Source: Chrysomallon squamiferum
Taxonomy: Eukaryota; Animalia; Mollusca
DNA length: 64,000 nucleotides
NCBI GenBank assembly: GCA_012295275.1
Contig: CM022675.1
Location: forward strand, 5,332,001-5,396,000
Reading direction: 5' to 3'
The translations under genes were made by a program, and so were the position numbers. Below the pieces are notes generated by a model, which worked only from the letters and a program-made list of their open reading frames with translations, ran no database searches and was not told the DNA's origin. This document shows positions 17,230 to 32,413 of this stretch, in pieces (the stretch's first letter is position 1; the number at the start of each line of letters is the position of its first letter).

Positions 17230-17562
17230 AGATACAGCAGTAGGAATGTTTATGTGTTATAATAATACTTCCAGTAGTAAAATAATAGTTATAGCACTAG
17301 CAATGTTTATGTCTGATAGTAATAATTTCAGAGTTAAATAATATTTATAGCAGTAGGAATGTTTATGTCTTGTAGTAATACTTCCATTAGTAAAATAATT
17401 GTTATAGCAGTAGGAATGTGTATATCTTATAGTAACACTTCCAGTAGTAAAATAATAGTTATAGTAGTAGGAATGTTTTTGTCTTGGAATAGTACATCCA
17501 GTAATGAGGTGAAATGTTACTACCTGAAACAGCATCAGTAGGAATAAAAACAGTAATAATAA

Positions 17563-17628
<66 letters not shown>

Positions 17629-18092
17629 GTCAACATTAATAGTAGTCGTACTGTTGGTATAGCAGAAGTAGTAATAACAGTAACAAAAACAACAAGTTTG
17701 TATTTTATATTCTCTAATCACTGATCTGTCTTTTTCATTTAAATTTATTCTGAATTCGCTGGTGCATGTAAAACTGATATATTATTAAATGCTCCAACAA
17801 AACGAAATTTCTGCTTATCAAACACACTGTTTTTACATCAAAAGAGGGAGACAAGAAATCACTTTAATATTTTATTATTGACGTTAGAGGTTGATCTGTA
17901 TTGATCTATATTGAAAGAATAATAATTATTATTTTTCAGTGTATTTTTCAATGTATAGCATAATGATATTAAAGTGTGTAACAGACTTTCAGAGCTTTTA
18001 AAATTATTTTTTCCAGGAATGAGCTGTAATAAAAAAAAAAAAAAAAAAGTAAAATGATTACAGAAAAAAAAAAGAACAATATGGTACAATAG

Positions 18093-18167
<75 letters not shown>

Positions 18168-18369
18168 GTAAATCTGTTTTATTGGCACATTACTTGGATA
18201 CTTTTTTTAACATACGTTGATGAGATTTCGGATAATTTTCGATTCATTTCCGTTTCTGTATACAGTTAAATATAATTAATTTAGTCACATTAATTACAGA
18301 AAATATAAATTTACCCATTTATTACATCTTTATTTTATTCAGGATAAGGCGGATTTTATTTAATATATG

Positions 18370-18437
<68 letters not shown>

Positions 18438-18458
18438 TACAAACACACATATGTATGA

Positions 18459-18497
<39 letters not shown>

Positions 18498-18509
18498 GAT
18501 CTATCTATA

Positions 18510-18540
<31 letters not shown>

Positions 18541-19429
18541 ATATATATATTTATTAATTTTATCATTATTATTATTATTTTTGTAATCTTTGCAACAACA
18601 GGAACAAGACACCATCACACCCAAGAAGAACAAAACGTAAAAAGCAGTCAAAATGAAGAACAAAATAAAATTAAATTAAATTAAATTAAATAAATAAATA
18701 CTACTACTATTACCAATTCTAATATTACTGAATCAACTAATAATAGTAATTTAGATTCTAGCTTTCACTTTACAAAATCCGATCGAATGATACTGAAAAC
18801 AATTTTATAATTATGGAAAACATTTCTTCAGGAATCCGGATTCACCAGGGCGTTACGTTTCATCCTGTTTGTTTATTCACATTTGATCAAAACTGCTTAA
18901 TACTGCATGAAGATATTTAAACTTTTCAATTCATTACTGTCGAGACAAGCTGCTCCATTGATGTGAATACATCTACAGAAACAAATGCAGTGAAACGGCT
19001 TTGATATGACAAAAGTCTGAATCCTGCAGTAGGAATGTTTATGTCTGATAGTAATACTTCCAGCAGTAAAATAATAGTTACAGCAGTAGGAATGTTTATG
19101 TGTTATAATAATACTTCCAGTAGTAAAATAGTAGTTATAGCAGTAGCAATGTTTATGTCTTATAGTAACACTTCCAGTAGTAAAATAGTAGTTATAGCAG
19201 TAGGAATGTTTATGTCTTATAGTAATACTTCCAGTAGTAAAATAATAGTTATAGCAGTAGCAAGGTTTATGTCTTATAGTAATACTTCCAGTAGTAAAAT
19301 AATAGTTACAGCAGTAGGAATTCTTATGTCTTGGAATAATACTTCCAGTAATGAGGTGAAATATTACTACCAGAAAGAGCATTAGCAGCAAAAAAAAACC
19401 CAGTAATCATGATCAGGATGATTAATAAT

Positions 19430-19468
<39 letters not shown>

Positions 19469-19994
19469 GTCAACATTAATAGTAGTCGTACTGTTGGTAT
19501 AGCAGAAGTAGTAATAACAGTAACAAGAACAACGAGTTTGTATTTTATATTATGTAATCAGTGATCTGTCTTTTTATTTACATTTATTCTGAATTCGCTG
19601 GTGCATGTAAAACAGATATATTATTAAATGCTCGAACAAAACGAATTTCTGCTTATCGAACAAAGTGTTTTTACATCAAAAGAGGGAGACAAGAAATCAC
19701 TTTAATATTTTATTATTATGTTATTATTATTATTTTAAATCTGTTTTATTGGCACATTACTTGGAGACTTTTTTTACATAAAGTTCAAATCTAAACGGTT
19801 TGTACCTTGGAGGTCTTATTACGGTATACGCGAAAGGAGTTGATAAGAAGTTAAGATTGATGAGATTTCGGATAATTTTCGATTCATTTCCATTCCTGTA
19901 TACAGTTAAATATAATTAATTTAGTAACATTAATTACAGAAAATATAAATTTACCCATTTATTACATCTTTATTTTATTCAGGATAAGGCGGTT

Positions 19995-20091
<97 letters not shown>

Positions 20092-20117
20092 TATATGAAT
20101 TATCTATCTATCTACAC

Positions 20118-20170
<53 letters not shown>

Positions 20171-21146
20171 TTTTTTATTATTATTATTATTTTTTGTAAT
20201 CTTTGCAACAACAGGAACAAGACACCATCACACCCAAGAAGAACAAAACGTAAAAAGCAGTCAAAATGAAAAACAAAATAAAATTAAATTAAATTAAATT
20301 AAATAAATAAATACTACTACTATTACTAATACTAATATTACTAAATCAACTAATACTGGTGTTTTAGATTGTAGCTTTCACTATACAAAATCAGATCGGA
20401 TGATACTGAAAACAAATTTATAATTATGGAAAACATTTCTTCAGGAATCCGGATTCACCAGGGCGTTACGTTTCATCCTGTTTGTTTATTCACATTTGAT
20501 CAAAACTGCTTAATACTGCATGAAGATATTTAAACTTTTCAATTCATTACTGTCGAGACAAGCTGCTCCATTGATGTGAATACATCTACAGAAACAAATG
20601 CAGTGAAACGGCTTTGATATGACAAATGTCTGAATCCTGCAGTAGGAATGTTTATGTCTGATAGTAATACTTCCAGCAGTAAAATAATAGTTACAGCAGT
20701 AGGAATGTTTATGTGTTAGAATAAAACTTCCAGTAGTAAAATAGTAGTTATAGCAGTAGCAAGGTTTATGTCTTATAGTAACACTTCCAGTAGTAAAATA
20801 GTAGTTATAGCAGTAGGAATCTTTATGTCTTATAGTAACACTTCCAGTAGTAAAATAGTAGTTATAGCAGTAGCAATGTTTATGTCTTATAGTAACACTT
20901 CCAGTAGTAAAATAGTAGTTATAGCAGTAGGAATGTTTATGTCTTATAGTAATACTTCCAGTAGTAAAATAATAGTTATAGCAGTAGCAAGGTTTATGTC
21001 TTATAGTAATACTTCCAGTAGTAAAATAATAGTTACAGCAGTAGGAATTCTTATGTCTTGGAATAATACTTCCAGTAATGAGGTGAAATATTACTACCAG
21101 AAAGAGCATTAGCAGCAAAAAAAACCCAGTAATAATGATCAGGATG

Positions 21147-21200
<54 letters not shown>

Positions 21201-21785
21201 GTCAACATTAATAGTAGTCGTACTGTTGGTATAGCAGAAGTAGTAATAACAGTAACAAGAACAACAAGTTTGTATTTTATATTCTATAATCTGTGATCAG
21301 TCTTTTTCATTTACATTTATTCTGAATTCGCTGGTGCATGTAAAACAGATATATTATTAAATGCTCGAACAAAACGAATTTCTGCTTATCGAACACACTG
21401 TTTTTACATCAAAAGAGAGAGACAAGAAATCACTTTAATATTTTATTATTATGTTAGGTTATTATTATATTTAAATCTGTTTTTTGTGTATTTTTCAATA
21501 TACTTGGAGACATTTTTTTACTTTTAAAATATTTTTCCAGGAAAGCTGACAGAAAAAAAAAGAACAATATGAGATTTTCGGATAATTTTCTGATTCATTT
21601 CCATTACTTTTTTTTTATACAGATTTAAATTCATATAATTAAATTTAATTAACATTAATTACAGAAAATATAAATTTACCCATTTATTACATCTTTATTT
21701 TATTCAGGATAAGGCGGTTTTATTTAATATATATATATATATATATACATATATACATACATACAAACACACATATATATGAATG

Positions 21786-21816
<31 letters not shown>

Positions 21817-22776
21817 ATATATATATATATTAATTTTATTTATTAATTTTATTATTATTATTATTATTATTTTTGTAATCTTTGCAACAACAGGAACAAG
21901 ACACCATCACACCCAAGAAGAACAAAACGTAAAAAAGCAGTCAAAATGAAAAACAAAATAAAATAAAATAAAATTAAATTAAATAAATAAATACTACTAC
22001 TATTACTAATACTAATATTACTAAATCAACTAATACTGGTGTTTTAGATTGTAGGTTTCACTATACAAAATCAGATCGAATGATACTGAAAACAATTTTA
22101 TAATTATGGAAAACATTTCTTCAGGAATCCGGATTCACCAGGGCGTTACGTTTCATCCTGTTTGTTTATTCACATTTGATCAAAACTGCTTAATACTGCA
22201 TGAAGATATTTAAACTTTTCAATTCATTACTGTCGAGACAAGCTGCTCCATTGATGTGAATACATCTACAGAAACAAATGCAGTGAAACGGCTTTGATAT
22301 GACAAAGTCTGAATCCTGCAGTAGGAATGTTTATGTCTGATAGTAATACTTCCAGCAGTAAAATAATAGTTACAGCAGTAGGAATGTTTATGTGTTATAA
22401 TAATACTTCCAGTAGTAAAATAGTAGTTATAGCAGTAGCAAGGTTTATGTCTTATAGTAACACTTCCAGTAGTAAAATAGTAGTTATAGCAGTAGGAATC
22501 TTTATGTCTTATAGTAACACTTCCAGTAAAATAGTAAAATAGTAGTTATAGTAAAGTAGGAATGTTTATGTCTTATAGTAATACTTCCAGTAGTAAAATA
22601 ATAGTTATAGCAGTAGTAAGGTTTATGTCTTATAGTAATACTTCCAGTAGTAGAATAATAGTTACAGCAGTAGGAATTCTTATGTCTTGGAATAATACTT
22701 CCAGTAATGAGGTGAAATATTACTACCAGAAAGAGCATTAGCAGCAAAAAAAAACCCAGTAATAATGATCAGGATG

Positions 22777-22812
<36 letters not shown>

Positions 22813-24362
22813 GTCAACATTAATAGTAGTCGTACTGTTGGTATAGCAGAAGTAGTAATAACAGTAACAAGAACAACGAGTTTGTATTTTATATTATGTA
22901 ATCAGTGATCAATTTTTTTTTTTTATTTACATTTATTCTGAATTCGCTGGTGCATGTAAAACAGATATATTATTAAATGCTCGAACAAAACGAATTTCTG
23001 CTTATCGAACAAAGTGTTTTTACATCAAAAGAGGGAGACAAGAAATCACTTTAATATTTTATTATTATGTTATTATTATTATTTTAAATCTGTTTTATTG
23101 GCACATTACTTGGAGACTTTTTTTACATAAGTTGATGAGATTTCGGATAATTTTCGATTCATTTCCATTCCTGTATACAGTTAAATATAATTAATTTAGT
23201 AACATTAATTACAGAAAATATAAATTTACCCATTTATTACATCTTTATTTTATTCAGGATAAGGCGGTTTTTATTTAATATATATATATATATGTACATA
23301 GATACATACACACACACATATATATGAATGTATCTATCTATCTATCTATCTATATATATATATATATATATATTAATTTTATTATTATTATTATTATTTT
23401 TGTAATCTTTGCAACAACAGGAACAAGACACCATCACACCCAAGAAGAACAAAACGTAAAAAGCAGTCAAAATGAAAAACAAAATAAAATAAAATTAAAT
23501 TAAATTAAATAAATAAATACTACTACTATTACTAATACTAATATTACTAAATCAACTAATACTGGTGTTTTAGATTGTAGCTTTCACTATACAAAATCAG
23601 ATCGAATGATACTGAAAACAATTTTATAATTATGGAAAACATTTCTTCAGGAATCCGGATTCACCAGGGCGTTACGTTTCATCCTGTTTGTTTATTCACA
23701 TTTGATCAAAACTGCTTAATACTGCATGAAGATATTTAAACTTTTCAATTCATTACTGTCGAGACAAGCTGCTCCATTGATGTGAATACATCTACAGAAA
23801 CAAATGCAGTGAAACGGCTTTGATATGACAAAAGTCTGAATCCTGCAGTAGGAATGTTTATGTCTGATAGTAATACTTCCAGCAGTAAAATAATAGTTAC
23901 AGCAGTAGGAATGTTTATGTGTTATAATAATACTTCCAGTAGTAAAATAGTAGTTATAGCAGTAGCAAGGTTTATGTCTTATAGTAACACTTCCAGTAGT
24001 AAAATAGTAGTTATAGCAGTAGGAATGTTTATGTCTTATAGTAACACTTCCAGTAGTAAAATAGTAGTTATAGCAGTAGGAATGTTTATGTCTTATAGTA
24101 ACACTTCCAGTAGTAAAATAGTAGTTATAGCAGTAGGAATGTTTATGTCTTATAGTAATACTTCCAGTAGTAAAATAATAGTTATAGCAGTAGCAAGGTT
24201 TATGTCTTATAGTAATACTTCCAGTAGTAGAATAATAGTTACAGCAGTAGGAATTCTTATGTCTTGGAATAATACTTCCAGTAATGAGGTGAAATATTAC
24301 TACCAGAAAGAGCATTAGCAGCAAAAAAAAACCCAGTAATAATGATCAGGATGATTAATAAT

Positions 24363-24398
<36 letters not shown>

Positions 24399-25906
24399 GT
24401 CAACATTAATAGTAGTCGTACTGTTGGTATAGCAGAAGTAGTAATAACAGTAACAAGAACAACGAGTTTGTATTTTATATTATGTAATCAGTGATCTGTC
24501 TTTTTTATTTACATTTATTCTGAATTCGCTGGTGCATGTAAAACAGATATATTATTAAATGCTCGAACAAAACGAATTTCTGCTTATCGAACAAAGTGTT
24601 TTTACATCAAAAGAGGGAGACAAGAAATCACTTTAATATTTTATTATTATGTTATTATTATTATTTTAAATCTGTTTTATTGGCACATTACTTGGAGACT
24701 TTTTTTACATAAGTTGATGAGATTTCGGATAATTTTCGATTCATTTCCATTCCTGTATACAGTTAAATATAATTAATTTAGTAACATTAATTACAGAAAA
24801 TATAAATTTACCCATTTATTACATCTTTATTTTATTCAGGATAAGGCGGTTTTTATTTAATATATATATATATTATTATTTTTGTATTTACACACATATA
24901 TATGAATATATATATATATATATATTAATTTTATTATTATTATTATTATTTTTGTAATCTTTGCAACAACAGGAACAAGACACCATCACACCCAAGAAGA
25001 ACAAAACGTAAAAAGCAGTCAAAATGAAAAACAAAATAAAAATAAAATTAAATTAAATTAAATAAATAAATACTACTACTATTACTAATACTAATATTAC
25101 TAAATCAACTAATACTGGTGTTTTAGATTGTAGCTTTCACTATACAAAATCAGATCGAATGATACTGAAAACAATTTTATAATTATGGAAAACATTTCTT
25201 CAGGAATCCGGATTCACCAGGGCGTTACGTTTCATCCTGTTTGTTTATTCACATTTGATCAAAACTGCTTAATACTGCATGAAGATATTTAAACTTTTCA
25301 ATTCATTACTGTCGAGACAAGCTGCTCCATTGATGTGAATACATCTACAGAAACAAATGCAGTGAAACGGCTTTGATATGACAAAAGTCTGAATCCTGCA
25401 GTAGGAATGTTTATGTCTGATAGTAATACTTCCAGCAGTAAAATAATAGTTACAGCAGTAGGAATGTTTATGTGTTATAATAATACTTCCAGTAGTAAAA
25501 TAGTAGTTATAGCAGTAGCAAGGTTTATGTCTTATAGTAACACTTCCAGTAGTAAAATAGTAGTTATTGCAGTAGGAATCGTTATGTCTTATAGTAACAC
25601 TTCCAGTAGTAAAATAGTAGTTATAGCAGTAGGAATGTTTATGTCTTATAGTAACACTTCCAGTAGTAAAATAGTAGTTATAGCAGTAGGAATGTTTATG
25701 TCTTATAGTAATACTTCCAGTAGTAAAATAATAGTTATAGCAGTAGCAAGGTTTATGTCTTATAGTAATACTTCCAGTAGTAAAATAATAGTTACAGCAG
25801 TAGGAATTCTTATGTCTTGGAATAATACTTCCAGTAATGAGGGGAAATATTACTACCAGAAAGAGCATTAGCAGCAAAAAAAAACCCAGTAATAATGATC
25901 AGGATG

Positions 25907-25960
<54 letters not shown>

Positions 25961-27472
25961 GTCAACATTAATAGTAGTCGTACTGTTGGTATAGCAGAAG
26001 TAGTAATAACAGTAACAAGAACAACGAGTTTGTATTTTATATTCTCTAATCTGTGATCAGTCTTTTTCATTTACATTTATTCTGAATTCGCTGCTGCATG
26101 TAAAACAGATATATTATTAAATGCTCGAACAAAACGAATTTCTGCTTATCGAACACACTGTTTTTACATAAAAAGAGAGAGACAAGAAATCACTTTAATA
26201 TTTTATTATTATGTTATTATTATTATTTTAAATCTGTTTTATTGGCACATTACTTGGAGACATTTTTTACATAAGTTGATGAGATTTCGGATAATTTTCG
26301 ATTCATTTCCATTCCTGTATACAGTTAAATATAATTAATTTAGTAACATTAATTACAGAAAATATCAATTTACCCATTTATTACATCTTTATTTTATTCA
26401 GGATAAGGCGGTTTTTATTTAATATATATATATATATATGTACATAGATACATACACACACACATATATATGAATGTATCTATCTATCTATCTATCTATA
26501 TATATATATATATATTAATTTTATTATTATTATTATTATTTTTGTAATCTTTGCAACAACAGGAACAAGACACCATCACACCCAAGAAGAACAAAACGTA
26601 AAAAGCAGTCAAAATGAAAAACAAAATAAAATAAAATAAAATTAAATTAAATAAATAAATACTACTACTATTACTAATACTAATATTACTAAATCAACTA
26701 ATACTGGTGTTTTAGATTGTAGGTTTCACTATACAAAATCAGATCGAATGATACTGAAAACAATTTTATAATTATGGAAAACATTTCTTCAGGAATCCGG
26801 ATTCACCAGGGCGTTACGTTTCATCCTGTTTGTTTATTCACATTTGATCAAAACTGCTTAATACTGCATGAAGATATTTAATCTTTTCAATTCATTACTG
26901 TCGAGACAAGCTGCTCCATTGATGTGAATACATCTACAGAAACAAATGCAGTGAAACGGCTTTGATATGACAAAAGTCTGAATCCTGCAGTAGGAATGTT
27001 TATGTCTGATAGTAATACTTCCAGCAGTAAAATAATAGTTACAGCAGTAGGAATGTTTATGTGTTATAATAATACTTCCAGTAGTAAAATAGTAGTTATA
27101 GCAGTAGCAAGGTTTATGTCTTATAGTAACACTTCCAGTAGTAAAATAGTAGTTATAGCAGTAGGAATCTTTATGTCTTATAGTAACACTTCCAGTAGTA
27201 AAATAGTAGTTATAGCAGTAGGAATGTTTATGTCTTATAGTAATACTTCCAGTAGTAAAAATAATAGGAATGTTTATGTCTTATAGTAATATCCAGTAGT
27301 AAAATAATAGGTTTAGGTTTATGTCTTATAGTAATACTTCCAGTAGTAGAATAATAGTTACAGCAGTAGGAATTCTTATGTCTTGGAATAATACTTCCAG
27401 TAATGAGGTGAAATATTACTACCAGAAAGAGCATTAGCAGCAAAAAAAAACCCAGTAATAATGATCAGGATG

Positions 27473-27508
<36 letters not shown>

Positions 27509-27803
27509 GTCAACATTAATAGTAGTCGTACTGTTGGTATAGCAGAAGTAGTAATAACAGTAACAAGAACAACGAGTTTGTATTTTATATTATGTAATCA
27601 GTGATCTGTCTTTTTTATTTACATTTATTCTGAATTCGCTGGTGCATGTAAAACAGATATATTATTAAATGCTCGAACAAAACGAATTTCTGCTTATCGA
27701 ACAAAGTGTTTTTACATCAAAAAAGACAAGGGAGACAAGAAATCACTTTAATATTTTATTATTATGTTATTATTATTATTTATTATTATTATTATTATTA
27801 TAA

Positions 27804-27843
<40 letters not shown>

Positions 27844-29004
27844 ATTAAATCTTTTATTGGCACATTACTTGGAGACTTTTTTTACATAAGTTGATGAGAT
27901 TTCGGATAATTTTCGATTCATTTCCATTCCTGTATACAGTTAAATATAATTAATTTAGTAACATTAATTACAGAAAATATAAATTTACCCATTTATTACA
28001 TCTTTATTTTATTCAGGATAAGGCGGTTTTTATTTAATATATATATATATATGTACATAGATACATACACACACACATATATATGAATGTATCTATCTAT
28101 CTATCTATCTATCTATATATATATATATATATATTAATTTTATTATTATTATTATTATTTTTGTAATCTTTGCAACAACAGGAACAAGACACCATCACAC
28201 CCAAGAAGAACAAAACGTAAAAAGCAGTCAAAATGAAAAACAAAATAAAATTAAATTAAATTAAATTAAATAAATAAATACTACTACTATTACTAATACT
28301 AATATTACTAAATCAACTAATACTGGTGTTTTAGATTGTAGCTTTCACTATACAAAATCAGATCGAATGATACTGAAAACAATTTTATAATTATGGAAAA
28401 CATTTCTTCAGGAATCCGGATTCACCAGGGCGTTACGTTTCATCCTGTTTGTTTATTCACATTTGATCAAAACTGCTTAATACTGCATGAAGATATTTAA
28501 ACTTTTCAATTCATTACTGTCGAGACAAGCTGCTCCATTGATGTGAATACATCTACAGAAACAAATGCAGTGAAACGGCTTTGATATGACAAAAGTCTGA
28601 ATCCTGCAGTAGGAATGTTTATGTCTGATAGTAATACTTCCAGCAGTAAAATAATAGTTACAGCAGTAGGAATGTTTATGTGTTATAATAATACTTCCAG
28701 TAGTAAAATAGTAGTTATAGCAGTAGCAAGGTTTATGTCTTATAGTAACACTTCCAGTAGTAAAATAGTAGTTATAGCAGTAGGAATGTTTATGTCTTAT
28801 AGTAATACTTCCAGTAGTAAAATAATAGTTATAGCAGTAGCAAGGTTTATGTCTTATAGTAATACTTCCAGTAGTAAAATAATAGTTACAGCAGTAGGAA
28901 TTCTTATGTCTTGGAATAATACTTCCAGTAATGAGGTGAAATATTACTACCAGAAAGAGCATTAGCAGCAAAAAAAAAACCCAGTAATAATGATCAGGAT
29001 GATT

Positions 29005-29053
<49 letters not shown>

Positions 29054-29688
29054 GTCAACATTAATAGTAGTCGTACTGTTGGTATAGCAGAAGTAGTAAT
29101 AACAGTAACAAGAACAACAAGTTTGTATTTTATATTCTCTAATCAGTGATCTGTCTTTTTCATTTACATTTATTCTGAATTCGCTGGTGCATGTAAAACA
29201 GATATATTATTAAATGCTCGAACAAAACGAATTTCTGCTTATCGAACAAACACCCTGTTTTTACATCAAAAGAGGGAGACAAGAAATCACTTTAATATTT
29301 TATTATTGACGTTAGAGGTTGATCTGTATTGATCTATATTGAAATAATAATAATTATTATTTTTCAGTGTATTTTTCAATATATAACATAATTTTAAATA
29401 ACAAAAGCTTTTAAAATTATTTTTTCCAGGTAAAATGATTACAGAAAAAAAAAAAAGAAATATGGTTTAATATTTTATTATTATTATTATTATTATTATT
29501 TTAAATCTGTTTTATTGGCACATTACTTGGAGACTTTTTTTTACATAAGTTGATGAGATTTCGGATAATTTTCGATTCATTTCCATTTCTGTATACAGTT
29601 AAATATAATTAATTTAGTAACATTAATTACAGAAAATATAAATTTACCCATTTATTACATCTTTATTTTATTCAGGATAAGGCGGTTT

Positions 29689-29745
<57 letters not shown>

Positions 29746-29809
29746 ATATATATATCTATATATATCTATATCTATCTATCTATCTATCTAATATATCTAT
29801 ATATATCTA

Positions 29810-29852
<43 letters not shown>

Positions 29853-30318
29853 TATTATTTTATTATTATTATTATTATTTTTGTAATCTTTGCAACAACA
29901 GGAACAAGACACCATCACCCCAAGAAGAACAAAACGTAAAAAGCAGTCAAAATGAAAAACAAAATAAAATTAAATTAAATTAAATTAAATAAATAAATAC
30001 TACTACTATTACTAATACTAATATTACTAAATCAACTAATAATAGTGTTTTAGATTCTAGCTTTCACTTTACAAAATCCGATCGAATGATACTGAAAACA
30101 ATTTTATAATTATGGAAAACATTTCTTCAGGAATCCGGATTCACCAGGGCGTTACGTTTCATCCTGTTTGTTTATTCACATTTGATCAAAACTGCTTAAT
30201 ACTGCATGAAGATATTTAAACTTTTCAATTCATTACTGTCGAGACAAGCTGCTCCATTGATGTGAATACATCTACAGAAACAAAACAATGAAACGGCTTT
30301 GATATGACAAAAGTCTGA
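17230..30318 (+). repeat. Tandem array of 8 units of about 1.5-1.8 kb, each with a 57-bp VNTR, (TAA)n and (AT)n
   Basis: Junction gtctga|atcctgcag recurs at 19020, 20633, 22312, 23839, 25392, 26981, 28600; array ends at 30318. Confidence 0.95.
19782..19841 (+). pseudogene. About 60-bp fragment of FReD exon 6 inside one tandem-array unit
   Basis: agttcaaatctaaacggtttgtaccttggaggtcttattacggtatacgcgaaaggagtt matches 16113-16172 with 2 mismatches; absent from the other units. Confidence 0.75.
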
Positions 30319-31330
30319 CTGCTGCTTGATATTATTTTTATACTAAGAAAGCAACAAAGATTTAATTACGATATAAGATATAGTGATCATGGTTTCACTG
30401 CACTGATGATAATCTGTGTACAACGTATTGTGTACAATTCTAAACAAGATCTATTTAATATTTAATTGCGTGTGTATGACTGACGACTTCTACTGCTGTG
30501 TTTGTTCTGTCATAAAATGATTCCATTTCACTGACTGACTTCTATATCAATTGAATTTATTCATCCATCCATTCATTCATTAGTCCTTTATCAGTGTATT
30601 TGTTTTCGATCTATCGATATTTACTTATCTATACATTTTCTGTTTACGTAGATACTTATATATTTAGCGACACTCGTATCTACCTTTCTATTGATCCATT
30701 AATCCGTCCATCCATGCATCTGTCCATGTGCCTTTGTATCTCTCTATTTATGCATATATCTCTCTATCCATCTATCTATCAGCTTACTTATGTACCTATC
30801 TGTATTGCCAGTCTGTGAAATTGTCCCCTCTGTGTCTTTGTATACATACACATATTCATATAGATATTTATATACATACTTACATATATACATAAAATAA
30901 TTTATCGAAATACATTTAGTTAATTTAATTACTGTTTTTAAAAAAGACATAAAAAAACCCCCTAGTATTTCAGGCAAAAAGAAATAACTGGTTACTGCCT
31001 TAAGATATCACCTTTGTTTTGGTCAAGATAAATAGCTAACGCAGCTTGGTAAAGCCTGCCTGCACTTGGTATTTCAACCTTCGCAGATACCCTCGTGCCC
31101 ATATATATATGCAGCATATATTCCGCAATAAATGAAAATCTAAAATGACTGTCAGATAAATAAACAGACAGATCGATAGATATATAAATATATAGATATA
31201 TCTAGATACAGTATATAAATTCACGTGTATTTATATTCAAAGAAAAATGATACCTCAATATAGAGTCTTAGAATGTCATTATTTTTCTACTTCTTTTTTC
31301 TTCTTCTTCTTCTTCTTCTTCTTCTTATTG

Positions 31331-31396
<66 letters not shown>

Positions 31397-31408
31397 GCTC
31401 TTCTTCAG

Positions 31409-31573
31409 GAAACGAGAACATCTACAAGATAACAAGTAAACAGGAATACGAGCTACGTGTTGATCTAGAAGACTTTGAAGGAAACAAACGTTACGCGATG
31501 TACTCGACATTTTCACTGGGTAGTGAGGCGGAGAACTACACTCTACACATTGGATCTTACAGCGGAAACGCAG
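31409..31573 (+). pseudogene. Orphan FReD exon 5 with flanking intron sequence (about 31225-32190)
   Basis: 165-nt exon essentially identical to copy B exon 5, intact splice sites, no neighbouring exon 4 or exon 6. Confidence 0.8.
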
Positions 31574-32355
31574 GTTGGTATGGCATCAGTAAATAGAAAC
31601 AATATAAAGATAGTCATTTATTATAATAGGCTGATCATACAAAGTAATATCTATTTTACAATTTAGTGTATATGTTACAGAGAAAATCTGTTATTCCGAT
31701 CTCAAATGAGCCAGTATATTACATTGTTCTTTCTGTGAGGTACTTAATTTATTAAACCTTATTATTGTCTCATATCAGTGTTAGCTATAACAACAAGTTA
31801 AAACAGATTGAATGATTAACTCAGTGATAATGATATAGGTGTAGCTTGTTATCTATCTATCTGTATATATATATATATGTATATGTTTCTGTATCTGTGT
31901 CTGTATGGAGGTATGTCTGTGTAAGAATGTGTCCCTCTCTGTCTATGTCTATGTTCCTATGTGTGTCTGTGTATGTTTGAATAGGTTTGGTGTCTGAGTA
32001 TATATCTGTATATATATATATATATATTTCTATGTCAATTTGTTTATTTGTACGTACGTCTGTCGTATGTGTATCCGTGTGGCTTGGATTATAACTGGGT
32101 TTCTGTGTTAATGCATTTATACATTTGTGTGTTGGGTCGTATATATAAATGTGTGTGTATGTCTGTATGTTCGCGATAGTACTTTAAGTCGTTAGATAAG
32201 TTCATTACATTATGGATAGTTTTCAATTCATTTCCATTTCTTTGGACAGTTATATATAATTATTATAATTACATTAATTACAGAAAATATAAATTTACAC
32301 ATTTATTAAATCTTTATTTTATTCAGGACAAGGCGATTCTTGTTTTTTTTATTTA

Positions 32356-32413
<58 letters not shown>

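Noticed and set aside
21450-21670. Scrambled unit variants (also about 27240-27320, 29340-29470, 37100-37350) as real structural variants
   Set aside because: They look like garbled consensus between repeat variants and cannot be trusted without reads.
18897-29061. Long ORFs on both strands with 19-aa repeats (MFMSYSNTSSSKIIVIAVG / YYFTTGSITIRHKHSYCYN)
   Set aside because: By-product of a 57-bp (multiple of 3) VNTR; no splice context, and frames break in several units.
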